From positions 82,755-146,754 of the forward strand of contig CAIKAF010000005.1 of assembly GCA_903825395.1 (NCBI GenBank): a DNA stretch of 64,000 bases, written 5' to 3'. The translations under genes were made by a program, and so were the position numbers. This document shows positions 29,868 to 40,202 of this stretch, in pieces. Source of the stretch: an uncultured Flavobacteriales bacterium (GTDB taxonomy: Bacteria; Bacteroidota; Bacteroidia; CAIKAF01). Position 1 is the stretch's first letter, and each line of letters opens with the position of its first letter. The notes beneath the pieces were generated by a model. It had not been told where the DNA came from and ran no database searches. It saw only the letters and a program-made list of their open reading frames with translations.

Positions 29868-29875
29868 TACCTTTG
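29868..29875 (+). promoter_or_regulatory. -7 promoter element for manC
   Basis: TACCTTTG with TTG 20 nt upstream, 17 nt before the ATG at 29893. Confidence 0.65.
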
Positions 29876-29892
29876 AATACCAAAACAAAATC

Positions 29893-30972
29893 ATGCGCTA
29901 CGCTGTCATCATGGCCGGGGGAATTGGAAGCCGTTTTTGGCCTATGTCCACCCGTCAGAAGCCCAAACAATTTATCGATATCTTGGGAACTGGAGAGAGC
30001 ATGATTCAGGCCACCTGGCGGCGCTTGCTTCCCCTTTTCCCTCCCGAACGCATCTTGGTGGTTAGCCACGAAGACTACCGGCCGCTGTGCATGGAACATT
30101 TGCCGGACTTAAAACCCGAGAATTTGCTCTGCGAACCCAGCCGAAAAAACACGGCTCCTTGCTTGGCCTATGCTGCGTATCTGCTTCAGGATCGCGATCC
30201 GGAATCGAGCATGGTGGTGTTGGCCGCCGACCACTTGATTTCAAAAGAAGCGGAATTTCTGGCCGTGTTGGAGAAAGGCTTGAGCTTTGCAGAACAACAG
30301 CCGGCATTGGTTACGCTCGGCATTCGCCCGCACCGCCCCGATACCGGGTATGGATATATTCAGTTCAACCGAGAAAGCCAAACCGGCATCGAGGGGATAC
30401 AAAAAGTAAAAACCTTCACCGAAAAGCCCAATGCCGAATTGGCCATGAGCTTTATCAACAGCGGAGATTTTCTGTGGAACTCGGGCAATTTCCTTTGGAA
30501 AACCTCCAGCTTTATTCAGGCCATAGAACAGCATTTGCCCGATGAAGCGGCCTTGTTTCAGGAAGCGGTGCATACGTTAACCGGCCCGGCGAGTTCGGAC
30601 GAAATACGGCGCATTTACGCCATGGTAAAAAACATCAGTGTGGATTACGCCATTTTGGAGCGGGCCGACAATGTATTTGTGGTGTCGGCCGACATCGGCT
30701 GGACCGATTTGGGAACTTGGGGTTCCCTACGTGAACAGTCCTTACTGGTCGGAGAGACCAATGCCCTGTTGGGCGGGCAGATTCTGGCGCTGGAATCGGA
30801 AGGCTGTTTGGTGCATGTGCCCGCAGGCAAAAAAGTGGTGCTGCAAGGAGCTAAAAACCTTTTGGTAGTGGAAAGCAACGGTGTACTGCTGGTGTGTCCG
30901 GTGCAAGATGAACAAAAAATTAAAGAGGTGGTGGGAACGGTGAAGGAGAATTGGGGGGATGAGGTGTTGTAG
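29893..30972 (+). CDS. manC: Mannose-1-phosphate guanylyltransferase
   Basis: IMAGGIGSRFWP, PKQF, TGYGYI, FTEKP, WNSG and WTDLGTW. Confidence 0.95.
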   Translation: MRYAVIMAGGIGSRFWPMSTRQKPKQFIDILGTGESMIQATWRRLLPLFPPERILVVSHEDYRPLCMEHLPDLKPENLLCEPSRKNTAPCLAYAAYLLQDRDPESSMVVLAADHLISKEAEFLAVLEKGLSFAEQQPALVTLGIRPHRPDTGYGYIQFNRESQTGIEGIQKVKTFTEKPNAELAMSFINSGDFLWNSGNFLWKTSSFIQAIEQHLPDEAALFQEAVHTLTGPASSDEIRRIYAMVKNISVDYAILERADNVFVVSADIGWTDLGTWGSLREQSLLVGETNALLGGQILALESEGCLVHVPAGKKVVLQGAKNLLVVESNGVLLVCPVQDEQKIKEVVGTVKENWGDEVL

Positions 30973-31038
30973 GGCGTTGTTTTTTTCAACTGCACCGCCT
31001 CTAGTGGTAATAAAACCGGTTAAGTTTTGGGCGGCTAA

Positions 31039-31381
31039 TTTTTACCACAAAGCACTCTGAGGAAGCCGCAAAGTTCACAGAGTTTTCGGTGTTGATAGAC
31101 ACCGAAATTCATTCAACTACACCCCCTCTGTGTCCTTTGTGCCGACTTGGAGCCCTTAGTGGTAAAAAACAGATCGAGGCATGACTGTCGGTTTTTACCA
31201 CAAAGGCCGCCAGGGGAGCCGCAAAGTTCACAGAGATTTTGGTATTGAAAGAAACCGCACTTCATTCAACTACACCCCTTCTGTGCCCTTTGTTCCGACT
31301 TGGAGCCCATTGTGGTAAAAAACAAATCGAGGCATGACTGTCGGTTTTTACCACAAAGCACTCCGAGTGAGCCGCAAAGTT
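31039..31381 (-). repeat. Tandem family A repeats: two full units plus one truncated arm, period 153 bp
   Basis: Units start at 31039, 31192 and 31345; linker ATCGAGGCATGACTGTCGG; reverse complement aligns with the 889 and 2979 copies. Confidence 0.92.
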
Positions 31382-31410
31382 ATTAAAGAACATTGGTATC
31401 ACATCCTTAA

Positions 31411-32442
31411 CTATTTATTCCTTTTTCCCTTTCCGCGTAGAACAAAACCATTAAAAGCCAAAGCAACTTCAAAGTTTAAAATTTGTGCCTGCTCCCCTAG
31501 CGCTTTGAATTCCTCTTGAGTAACTGGCTTGTCGTAGGTAGCGCCTAAGGCATCAAATGTGTCTAAAATAGCCCATTCTTTTAGTTGTTTGTAGCTTAGC
31601 GGAATAGTATGGACATAGTTAAAACAGGGTATTCCAATATGGTGTAAAACCTTGGGGTATAAGGTTGGTGGCAATTTGGTTCGAATCAAGGTGTCGATTG
31701 GAAACCAAAATTGGTGGTAGAACCGAACAAATTGAAACAGATTTTTGGGCGACAAAAAAGAAAGTCTCCGAGCCACTTTCCGATAATTGCTGTTGGGGCG
31801 TTTGGTTATTATTGAACTTCCTGCCGGATAATTATCAACGGCAATTTTACCCTCAGGTTTCATTTTTTTAACCATGCAATTCAAGGCCATAGGGGGGTCG
31901 GGGGTATGTTGAAGTACCCCAAAGCAAAAAATAAAATCAAAAAAATCGTCAGGGAAGGGTATTTCAAACACGGAGCCTTGAAAAAGCAATAGATTTTCAT
32001 GGTGGCCATGATTGGCAAAATTAGCTTCAACGGCAGCAGAATAATCAAAGGAATACACCAATGCTCCTGTCAACAATAGAATCTCCGTAAACCGTCCGGC
32101 GCCCGAACCTATCTCCAAAACCCGACGGCCTTTTAAGTCAGCCTGGGACCATTGAGTGTCTTTAAAAAATCGGTCGCTCGTCAAGGTAATTCCTGAATAG
32201 CTGTCCAACTGGGTTTTGGCGAATTTCTTCCATTGAAATCCAAAGTTTTCTGAATAGTTGTCGGCAGATTTTACAAATCGAGGAATACCTCCTTTTATTT
32301 CTGCCCGGCCAAAAAGAGGGGAAAAAATCGCTAGGCAACCGGTCTCGTCCTGCTGCAATTCCCAAACGGCCTCTAATCCGAATTTAATTAGTTGTTCTTG
32401 TGTTATCACTTTCAACTCATTTAAGCCGTTTAAAAAGAGCAT
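31411..32442 (-). CDS. Class I SAM-dependent methyltransferase; true start probably near 32414 or 32408
   Basis: GGIPRFV, FGFQW, VLEIGSGAGRF, GVLQHTPDP and LDTFD motifs. Confidence 0.88.
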   Translation of the reverse strand: MLFLNGLNELKVITQEQLIKFGLEAVWELQQDETGCLAIFSPLFGRAEIKGGIPRFVKSADNYSENFGFQWKKFAKTQLDSYSGITLTSDRFFKDTQWSQADLKGRRVLEIGSGAGRFTEILLLTGALVYSFDYSAAVEANFANHGHHENLLLFQGSVFEIPFPDDFFDFIFCFGVLQHTPDPPMALNCMVKKMKPEGKIAVDNYPAGSSIITKRPNSNYRKVARRLSFLSPKNLFQFVRFYHQFWFPIDTLIRTKLPPTLYPKVLHHIGIPCFNYVHTIPLSYKQLKEWAILDTFDALGATYDKPVTQEEFKALGEQAQILNFEVALAFNGFVLRGKGKRNK

Positions 32443-33157
32443 CTACTTGCCTCAATTGCCCTTCTACACTTGACAGATTGTAAAAATTATGCAATTCAAA
32501 TCCAACTTCTTCCATCAATTTAAAATAATTGGTTATCGTCTCTTGATTTTGATAGGTGGGGAGAAGAATGAGCTCCAAATATATAAAATCAATTCTACCC
32601 GCTTTAAGCAATCCCTTTGCGGCATTCAATATTTGGTGTTCCAGGCCTTGAACATCCAATTTTAATACATTTAGATGCCTAATATTAAAGGCATTAAAGG
32701 CATCCTCCAGCGTTATGGCCTCAATTTGAAGTCTTTCTGTGGCTTCCAATTTATTTTCTCCCCAGACTTTATCCCTATTTGGATGCGGGGGCAATATTGA
32801 GTTCGCTGGGGCAAAATCGAAAAGCTGTAATTCTGTCTGTCCCGATTTTTCTGCTATTGCCATTTTATGGCATTCTATATTACATCCTTGGACTTTCTTT
32901 GTTAAGATGTTAAACGATTCAGGACAGGGCTCAAAAGCCAAAATACGCGCTTTTGGAAATCGGCTACGGTACGCCATAGCCATTTGGCCGATGTAGGCTC
33001 CAACATCCATGATGCACAAATCATCAGCATCGCCAACCAAAGCTATTGTGTCATCCAAATAATTTCGATGGGCCTGCCATTGTGCATCTTCTGGTAAGCT
33101 CTTTGAAATAACGTAGCCTTGACTTAAAAGGAATTTCTTTAAAAGGGATTTTATCAT
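32417..33157 (-). CDS. FkbM family methyltransferase
   Basis: DVGAYIG, AFEP, LKLDVQGLE and QVDALF motifs. Confidence 0.92.
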   Translation of the reverse strand: MIKSLLKKFLLSQGYVISKSLPEDAQWQAHRNYLDDTIALVGDADDLCIMDVGAYIGQMAMAYRSRFPKARILAFEPCPESFNILTKKVQGCNIECHKMAIAEKSGQTELQLFDFAPANSILPPHPNRDKVWGENKLEATERLQIEAITLEDAFNAFNIRHLNVLKLDVQGLEHQILNAAKGLLKAGRIDFIYLELILLPTYQNQETITNYFKLMEEVGFELHNFYNLSSVEGQLRQVDALFKRLK

Positions 33158-33284
33158 TTTAGTGGTTCCTTTTTTTATCGTGTTACGCTAAGATTATTTT
33201 TTGTTTTCAGCTGTTTGTAAGGTTTTTTTGCCATACAGTTCACCAATAAATTCCAAAGGTTCAACGCGTTTTTAAGGCGCTTTA

Positions 33285-33496
33285 TTTAACTGCACCTCCT
33301 CTGTGTTCTTTGCGCCGACTTGGAGTTCTTCGTGGTGAAAACAAATCGAGGCATGACTGTCGGTTTTTACTACAAAGGGCCGCCAAGGGAGCCGCAAAGT
33401 TCACAGAGATTTCGGTGTTGATAGACACCGCAATTCATTCAACTACACCCCCTCTGTCCCCTTTGCGCCGACTTGGTGCCCTTAGTGGTAAAAAAA
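33285..33496 (-). repeat. Family A repeats: one half unit (other arm) plus one full unit
   Basis: 33285-33341 matches the second half of a 31039-type unit, followed by the same linker and a full unit 33364-33496. Confidence 0.9.
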
Positions 33497-33534
33497 CGTT
33501 TAATCAATACCACATGCACACCATGCCAGAAACG

Positions 33535-34479
33535 TCAAAAATCAGCGGAACTCAAACCGCCCAAGGTCTCCCTAATCCCCAAACCCAAATCCACCTTAGC
33601 CCGCCAACCCATCTCCATCAACCGTGTCGAATCCATAACCTTCCTTGGAGTACCATCCGGGTACTCCGGATTAAATACCAGTTTCCCCTGAAACCCCGTT
33701 GCCTCAGCAATTTTCCCTGCCAAATCCCGAATGCTGATCTCCGTTCCCGTTCCAATGTTCACCGGCTCTTCCGAGCTGTAATGCTCCATTAAAAACAAAC
33801 AAGCCGAAGCCAAATCGTCGCAGTGCATAAATTCCCGAAGTGGACTTCCAGTACCCCAAACCTCTACCTCGGCACTTCCCTGCCGCACGGCCTCGCTAAA
33901 TTTCCTCAACAGAGCTGCCATCACATGCGATTGCTTAGGGTGGTAGTTGTCGCCCGGCCCATACAGGTTGCAGGGCAAGACCGATATGAAATCAGAACCA
34001 TATTGCTGCCGGTAGGCCCGAACCATTGACATTCCCGCCAATTTAGCCATGGCATAGGGCTCGTTGGTGGGCTCCAAAGGACCGGTCATTAAATATTCCT
34101 CTTTCAGCGGCTGGGGAGCCAGCTTGGGATAAATGCAAGAAGAACCTAAAAACAGCAATTTGCGCACCCCAAACCGGCGAGACGCTTCAATCACATTGTT
34201 TTGAATTTGGAGGTTATCGTAAATGAATTCGGCCGGATACGTTGAATTTGCCCATATTCCACCCACTTTGGCGGCAGCCAGAAAAACATAGTCCGGTCTC
34301 TCCGCTTCAAAAAACCGATGCACAGCAGAACTGTCTCGCAAATCCAACTCGTTGGATGTTTTGTGCACAATCTGCCGGGCCCCTGCCTGCTGCAACGCCC
34401 GAACAATAGCGGCGCCTACCATACCCCGGTGACCCGCCACATAGTGTTTCCCAGATTCGATGTTAAACGCTTCCCTCAT
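33535..34479 (-). CDS. fcl: GDP-L-fucose synthase
   Basis: [29 protein letters not shown] and PDGTPRK. Confidence 0.96.
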   Translation of the reverse strand: MREAFNIESGKHYVAGHRGMVGAAIVRALQQAGARQIVHKTSNELDLRDSSAVHRFFEAERPDYVFLAAAKVGGIWANSTYPAEFIYDNLQIQNNVIEASRRFGVRKLLFLGSSCIYPKLAPQPLKEEYLMTGPLEPTNEPYAMAKLAGMSMVRAYRQQYGSDFISVLPCNLYGPGDNYHPKQSHVMAALLRKFSEAVRQGSAEVEVWGTGSPLREFMHCDDLASACLFLMEHYSSEEPVNIGTGTEISIRDLAGKIAEATGFQGKLVFNPEYPDGTPRKVMDSTRLMEMGWRAKVDLGLGIRETLGGLSSADF

Positions 34480-35585
34480 TTTGGTACAATAAATTTTAAT
34501 CCTTTCCCGTCCAAAACGCGGACCCGTTCCATCAATTCCAAATCGGCATCCATCATTTCAGCCACCAAATCCTCCAAGCTGGTTCGGGGCTCCCAACCCA
34601 ACTTTTCCTTAGCCTTGGCCGGATTCCCTTTCAATTGATCTACCTCGGCGGGCCTGAAATACCGGGAATCAACCCGAACAACCACCTGACCCAATGTAAA
34701 AGGCCACCTGCCGTCCTTGCTTTCCGACACAATACCGACTTCTTCTTTTCCACTACCCTCAAACCTCAATTCAACTCCAATGCAGGCAAAAGCCAGTTTA
34801 ACAAAATCGCGCACACTAACGGTTCTGTTGCTGGCAATCACAAAATCGTCGGGTTCATTCAGCTGCAGCATGGCATGCATAGCCACCACATAATCTTTGG
34901 CATGCCCCCAATCGCGCTCGGCATTCAAATTACCCAAATACAAGCAGTGGCTTTTCCCGTAGGCCATTTGGGCAATGCCTCGAGTTATTTTCCGCGTCAC
35001 AAAGGTTTCTCCCCGCAAAGGGCTTTCGTGATTGAATAAGATTCCATTGCAAATGAACATGCCATAGGCTTCCCGGTAATTCACCCCAATCCAATGGGCA
35101 TACAGTTTAGCCACGCCGTAAGGCGATCGCGGATAAAAGGGCGTTCGTTCGGTTTGGGGCACCTCTTGCACCAAGCCAAACATTTCAGATGTAGAGGCTT
35201 GATAAATCCGGGTGCTCTGTTCAAGTCCGGCGGAACGAACGGCTTCAAGAATACGCAAGAAGCCCATGGCGTCGACATTGGCGGCATATTCGGGCTCAGT
35301 AAAACTCACCTGTACATGGCTCATGGCCCCAAGATTATACACCTCGTCTGGCCGGATTTTTGCCAACAATCGAAGCAAGTTGCTTGAATCGGTAAGGTCT
35401 CCATAATGCAGATAAAACTTCCCGGATTGCTCGTGCAGATCTTCAAATAAATGGTCGATCCGGTCGGTATTCAATTGAGAGGCCCTTCGTTTTACGCCAT
35501 GAACCTCATAGCCCAAACTAAGCAAATACTGACTTAAATAGGCTCCATCTTGTCCGGTAACCCCGGTAATTAGTGCTTTTTTCAT
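34476..35585 (-). CDS. gmd: GDP-mannose 4,6-dehydratase
   Basis: [25 protein letters not shown] and [16 protein letters not shown]. Confidence 0.97.
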   Translation of the reverse strand: MKKALITGVTGQDGAYLSQYLLSLGYEVHGVKRRASQLNTDRIDHLFEDLHEQSGKFYLHYGDLTDSSNLLRLLAKIRPDEVYNLGAMSHVQVSFTEPEYAANVDAMGFLRILEAVRSAGLEQSTRIYQASTSEMFGLVQEVPQTERTPFYPRSPYGVAKLYAHWIGVNYREAYGMFICNGILFNHESPLRGETFVTRKITRGIAQMAYGKSHCLYLGNLNAERDWGHAKDYVVAMHAMLQLNEPDDFVIASNRTVSVRDFVKLAFACIGVELRFEGSGKEEVGIVSESKDGRWPFTLGQVVVRVDSRYFRPAEVDQLKGNPAKAKEKLGWEPRTSLEDLVAEMMDADLELMERVRVLDGKGLKFIVPK

Positions 35586-38167
35586 TCTTCCTTTTCTTTA
35601 AATATCTGATGCCCCACCAAGCTCCTTAACCTCTGACTCTGAGTCCTACGTTGATACATGGTTTTGCGTTCTTCGTTGTTGATATTCAGGCTCAGTTTTT
35701 CTTCTCCCTGGGCAATAGAAACCAAGTCCTTCGCTTCATAACACACCCGCCCAAATCCATTCTCTTCCACCAATCTGTTCATCAATCCCGGATCGTTCGG
35801 AGCCACCAATATCGGCCGGCCACAACCTATGTAGTCAAAAACCTTGGCGAAAATGTTGTTGTAGGCCGGGTCAGATATCGCCAACAAGGCATCTGCCGCT
35901 AAATTGTGCTGCAGACTTTCTTCCCGGGGCAAGCGCGGCGTGGCCGACAAAAACGGCTGCAGTTCAGGGTGCCGATTCCAAACCCTGGCCCATTGTTCCG
36001 GAAAGTGCTCCAATCCCACAAAACGCAGTTCCAAATCGCCGGGTTTTAATTGCCCCCGTTTCACCGGCTCAACAATGGCGTCCAACACAAACTCTACGTC
36101 TTGGGTTGATTTTAAGGTTCCGTTGTGCACCCAAAGTTGTTTGGCATGCCCCCGAAATCCCTCCCGCGCCTCCGGAATATCCCGGTACCCGTTCAACAAG
36201 GTGAACACCTTCCGGTTGAACAAAAAAGTGTAAAATTCGGCCAAAGCCGGACTCGCCGCTGTAATCATGGCCGCAGAACTCAAGTATTTCTGCTCTTTTC
36301 TCCATTCCACCTGCCTAAGCATAAAGGCCAGTCCACCCCGCTGCCGTATGGTTTCCTGATTCAAGTACCAACCGTCCCGATAATCCGCTACCCAAGGGAT
36401 TCCAAACTTGCGGTGCAAGCGATAGGCATGCCTGAAATTTTGGAAGGGATTGCCCGTCGCCACCAATACATCGGCTTTGTTTGCGCTCAGGTAGGCCGCT
36501 GCCCCGGAATACAAATGCGCATGCCGATCAAACCCGCTGTAAAACCAACTGCCCAAATTCCAAACCGCGGTAACCGCCTTGCGCAATACTGCAGGCTGAT
36601 TTTTGGGGAAGGTACGCATCAGCCAATCCGTTGGCACCATGCGATTGGGCACCAATATCTGCGTTAAATTCCCTTTTTGGACTTGCTCAATATTCCTTCG
36701 ACCTCCATATTCCCAAAACGACGGGTGGGTCTGCGGCCCCGTCCATTTCTTGGTCACCAACACCACGTTTTCTCCCATGTCCAATACATCGGCCACCCAG
36801 GCCGAAGGCCGTTCTGCCGCTACGGTGTTCAATGGCGGAAAGTCGTTGCACAGAATCATCCAGGTCCGACTGCGCTGCAATAAGGGCCGAATGTTCTTCA
36901 GCAAGAGCTCGGTTTGGGCTTGCCGCGAATACATCTCTACAAAGCGCGTATCAGCCGCCGCCACCTGCCCCCTTTCTTTCCACGCCTGCAAATGGGCCTG
37001 CAGCTGGTTTTTCAAGGCGATGTCATTGTCGGCAATACTCCCAATCCGGGTTTGCAGTACGATGCGCTCAATGATGTCTTTGTCGTTCGGATAGGCCAAC
37101 ACCGGCCGACCTGCGGCCAGGTAGTCGAACAATTTGCTCGATGGAATGCCCTGTTGCCGGTAGGTCAACATCAACAGCACATCGGCCTGCCGAGTGCGTT
37201 CTAACGCCTGTTCCACGGGAATGCGCGGACTAAATTCTACCCGGCTCCACATTTCTCTCGGCAAGGCTTGCTTAACCCGCTCCACCTGCGACGGGCTGTA
37301 ACTCAAGCCCAAAAACACCAGTTTCCAAGGCACTTCAGGAAAGGCGGCTACGACTTCCTGCCAGGCCTGGAGAAAGGACTCCAAGGGCTGAGCCCAATAC
37401 AAAGACCCGCTGTACAGCAGGGTGAGTTCTTTGTTTTGAGGCGGAGTTTCTGCCTTCAAAATGGCGTTAAAGCCATTCATAACGGTAAAGCCCGGCCGCC
37501 CCGTCAGGGTTGAAATCCGTTCTACATATTCTTCTGACACCGAGCAAATGGCGCTGGCGGAACCCACCCAGCGCTGTTCCGTTCGCCGGTCTAAATTCCG
37601 CATCCAGCGGGCAAACCAGCCTTGTATTGGCTCCAACAGGTTTGTTGACCAGTCGTCGCGGTAATCGGCCACCCAAGAAACGCCCAATTCCCGCTGGGCT
37701 CTCCAGCCATAATAATACAATTGGAAGGGGTTGCCACTCACCACCAGCAAGCGAACCTCCGGATGCTGTCGCAGGTAATCAAGAGCATACTCGCCGACCT
37801 GATGCGAAGGATTCAAACTGGGAATCCACCGTCCCAACCACCGCTCCATCATGGACAGCAATCGGCGCAGCGGAGCCACAAAAAAATACTGCGGACCGGT
37901 AATTAGCCGGTCTCTCCATAATGGTTTAAAGGGTACGGTATGCACTTCTGCCCTGTTCTCCGTCTTAATTTCCACCTTTGTTCCGCTGGGTAAGGCAACA
38001 TCCCGTTCGTGCCCGATGGGCTGTTCCCAATTTCGGGTAATCACCACCGGCTCCACCTCTTCCCGATTTAAATGCTTCACCCAGCCGCTCACCCGATTGG
38101 CAGCAGTTAGGCTGCAGGGCGGATAAAAATAGGTGAGAAACACCACCTTGGCTGGGCCGGAATTCAT
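35582..38167 (-). CDS. Tandem double GT4 glycosyltransferase (two complete GT-B modules)
   Basis: Each half has F/YPP...AAxR, SGNPFQ/TGNPFQ, WVADYRDxW and KxFDY..xGRP; ATG 38167 preferred over 38224. Confidence 0.85.
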   Translation of the reverse strand: MNSGPAKVVFLTYFYPPCSLTAANRVSGWVKHLNREEVEPVVITRNWEQPIGHERDVALPSGTKVEIKTENRAEVHTVPFKPLWRDRLITGPQYFFVAPLRRLLSMMERWLGRWIPSLNPSHQVGEYALDYLRQHPEVRLLVVSGNPFQLYYYGWRAQRELGVSWVADYRDDWSTNLLEPIQGWFARWMRNLDRRTEQRWVGSASAICSVSEEYVERISTLTGRPGFTVMNGFNAILKAETPPQNKELTLLYSGSLYWAQPLESFLQAWQEVVAAFPEVPWKLVFLGLSYSPSQVERVKQALPREMWSRVEFSPRIPVEQALERTRQADVLLMLTYRQQGIPSSKLFDYLAAGRPVLAYPNDKDIIERIVLQTRIGSIADNDIALKNQLQAHLQAWKERGQVAAADTRFVEMYSRQAQTELLLKNIRPLLQRSRTWMILCNDFPPLNTVAAERPSAWVADVLDMGENVVLVTKKWTGPQTHPSFWEYGGRRNIEQVQKGNLTQILVPNRMVPTDWLMRTFPKNQPAVLRKAVTAVWNLGSWFYSGFDRHAHLYSGAAAYLSANKADVLVATGNPFQNFRHAYRLHRKFGIPWVADYRDGWYLNQETIRQRGGLAFMLRQVEWRKEQKYLSSAAMITAASPALAEFYTFLFNRKVFTLLNGYRDIPEAREGFRGHAKQLWVHNGTLKSTQDVEFVLDAIVEPVKRGQLKPGDLELRFVGLEHFPEQWARVWNRHPELQPFLSATPRLPREESLQHNLAADALLAISDPAYNNIFAKVFDYIGCGRPILVAPNDPGLMNRLVEENGFGRVCYEAKDLVSIAQGEEKLSLNINNEERKTMYQRRTQSQRLRSLVGHQIFKEKEE

Positions 38168-38278
38168 GGCTGTAAAATTAGGTGTTTTAACGTGGGGTGG
38201 AGGGTTTCCTGACTTGTCCACCATTTTTTGGATTATTTTACACCTTGTTTGTTAAAATAGATTTGCATTTCCTGTCCT

Positions 38279-38314
38279 GCGGAATTTGTTACACTAAAGT
38301 GGACAAGTTAGGAG
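38279..38314 (+). repeat. 36-bp direct repeat, left copy (right copy 38720-38755)
   Basis: GCGGAATTTGTTACACTAAAGTGGACAAGTTAGGAG versus GCGGCAATTGTTGCACTAAAGTGGACAAGTTAGGAG, 33/36 identical. Confidence 0.85.
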
Positions 38315-38375
38315 CATAGGCCCTCAATGGATTGAATTACCTAGGTTTTAGAGGCGTTGGAATCAGACCAAAGTG

Positions 38376-38635
38376 GAAAGTATTGGAGCTCACGACATCA
38401 AAACCCCGTGGGGATGAATTTATTGTAGAAGGTATTGGAAATCAAGACATCAGTACCCCGTAGGGGTGAAATTATTGTAGAAAGTAATGGAGTTCAGAAC
38501 CTCAGAACCCCGTAGGGGTGAAAGTATTGTAGAAGGTATTCGGGCTCACAACACCAGAACCCCGTAGGGGTGACATTATTGTAGAAAGTATTGGAGTTCA
38601 CAACATCAGAACCCCTTAGGGGTGACATTATTGTA
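38376..38635. repeat. Tandem array of five 52-bp units, each with an ACCCCGTAGGGGT-type palindrome (REP-like)
   Basis: Units start at 38376, 38428, 38480, 38532 and 38584; whole units are homologous. Confidence 0.92.
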
Positions 38636-38719
38636 GGTGACATTGTCGTAGAATACTTTGAAGGATTTGGAATAGAAAATTTGCCGTCCTCCCCCTCAGT
38701 TCTTTTTGCGACTTCCTTT

Positions 38720-38755
38720 GCGGCAATTGTTGCACTAAAGTGGACAAGTTAGGAG
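38720..38755 (+). repeat. 36-bp direct repeat, right copy
   Basis: 23-bp core CACTAAAGTGGACAAGTTAGGAG identical to 38292-38314. Confidence 0.85.
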
Positions 38756-38758
38756 GGG

Positions 38759-38868
38759 TTTTTACCACAAAACTCAACAAGGGCGCCGCAACCTGCAAAG
38801 AGGCGACTCAAACTCTAACGCCTTCTCTTTGAGAACTTTGCGCCGACTTAGTGCCCTTTGTGGTAAAA
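38759..38868 (-). repeat. Shorter family A copy overlapping the amidotransferase stop codon
   Basis: TTTTACCACAAA...CTTTGCGCCGACTT...CTTTGTGGTAAAA. Confidence 0.8.
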
Positions 38869-39966
38869 TATCTCTTTTACCTGCTTCACCGGCCACGAAA
38901 GCCTCCGCAACACATGCATTACGCTGGGATATGCCAAATGCGGCACCGGAGGCTGTTCCATGTAATAATCAAATTCCTCCTCCGTAAACCCGAGCTTTTT
39001 CAGCACAAACCGCTTGTCTTTTTCCAATAATTCCGGCGGACAAATGGGCTTTCCGAGTTCTTCCAATGCCTCGGCACGACTCAGCTGACCGGCACAAATC
39101 AAGGTTGACAAATGGCTCTTCCGCTTATCCACCCCAAACTTCTTCGGCAAAATATAAGACTGATAAAAACGTGTAAACACCGATTCATGGTGCTTGCCTC
39201 CATAGTCTTGCCAACCCAATTCGGCGCGCAAACGCTGCTTTACGGCCTCCTTCTGGTAGGGTACATAATTCAAAATGGGGATAGAAACGGGCGCCTTCCC
39301 CCCCTGTCCCCAGCGGTATCGGTAGTACGACATCAACGGAAAACTCGGAATGGGAATCTCCCCAAACCGCATATGAATTCCAAGAATATTTAAATGGTCT
39401 AATTTATTGTGAATCCAGGCCGAGGGCAGCTGCCCTTCGGTCGCAAAATGTTCTCCACTTAAAATATAGCGGACCTTGAACTTCCTGGCCACCTGAAACA
39501 ACGTTGCGGCAATGGCATGATCGGTCAGCGCTTCAATATCAATCACACCGGCGCGAAGGTAGGCCCGCTGAAGGTCGCGAAACTCTTCCCAACGCACCAC
39601 ATAGGTGAACAAATCCATGTTCAGGGCACTCAGCATCCGCTCCATGTTTAAGACAGCCCGTTCCGAATTCCAGCCGTTGTCAAAATGCACGGCCAGCACG
39701 CGGAGGCCCAGGTCCTTGCTGAGCAGTGCCACGTACGAGCTGTCCACTCCACCGCTCAGTCCAATCAGCGCATCGTAGGGTTTTCCTTTTCCCTCTCTGC
39801 GCAGCTTTTGCAGCAAAACTTCCAGCTCTGCCGCCGATTTTTGCCGTTTCGGCGCCGTTTTAGCATAATGCCGGCAGACCGAACACCGACCGGCCTCATC
39901 CAAGCGCAGGTCAGGCACATCAACCTCATTCAGCAGGCATTGCGCACATTCCCTCATCAAATCCAT
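38848..39966 (-). CDS. N-acetyl sugar amidotransferase (WbuX/WbpG/PseA-like)
   Basis: CxxC...CxxC at the N-terminus, PP-loop GLSGGVDSS, HFDNGWN, YGGKHHES and DKRKSHLS. Confidence 0.92.
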   Translation of the reverse strand: MDLMRECAQCLLNEVDVPDLRLDEAGRCSVCRHYAKTAPKRQKSAAELEVLLQKLRREGKGKPYDALIGLSGGVDSSYVALLSKDLGLRVLAVHFDNGWNSERAVLNMERMLSALNMDLFTYVVRWEEFRDLQRAYLRAGVIDIEALTDHAIAATLFQVARKFKVRYILSGEHFATEGQLPSAWIHNKLDHLNILGIHMRFGEIPIPSFPLMSYYRYRWGQGGKAPVSIPILNYVPYQKEAVKQRLRAELGWQDYGGKHHESVFTRFYQSYILPKKFGVDKRKSHLSTLICAGQLSRAEALEELGKPICPPELLEKDKRFVLKKLGFTEEEFDYYMEQPPVPHLAYPSVMHVLRRLSWPVKQVKEIFYHKGH

Positions 39967-40023
39967 GGTTTAGGCTCAAACATACAGAAAAACAGGGGGT
40001 TGATACCCTGATGTATTTTTTGT

Positions 40024-40167
40024 GGGGCGGCTGCGGGCTTTCACGGGTAGTCCGCGGGGCCGGGCGGGGCCGCCAGCGGGTTTGCGGGGGCTCACAAGCT
40101 CGCCTCCGCACCGCGCGGCGGCCAACCGCCCGGCCCCTTGCGGGCAACCTTGTTCAATCCCTGCCAC
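40024..40167 (+). repeat. Family B hairpin repeat, copy 5 (inside the operon)
   Basis: GGGCTTTCACGGGTAGTCCGCGG...CCTTGCGGGCAACC...TCAATCCCTGCC. Confidence 0.9.
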
Positions 40168-40202
40168 GGGCCTCTTAAAAAAACGGATTTCAAAATTCAG
40201 AT

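Noticed and set aside
38376..38635. CRISPR array
   Set aside because: The would-be spacers are only about 22 bp and homologous to each other, the repeats are degenerate, and no cas genes are in the window; it is a tandem repeat
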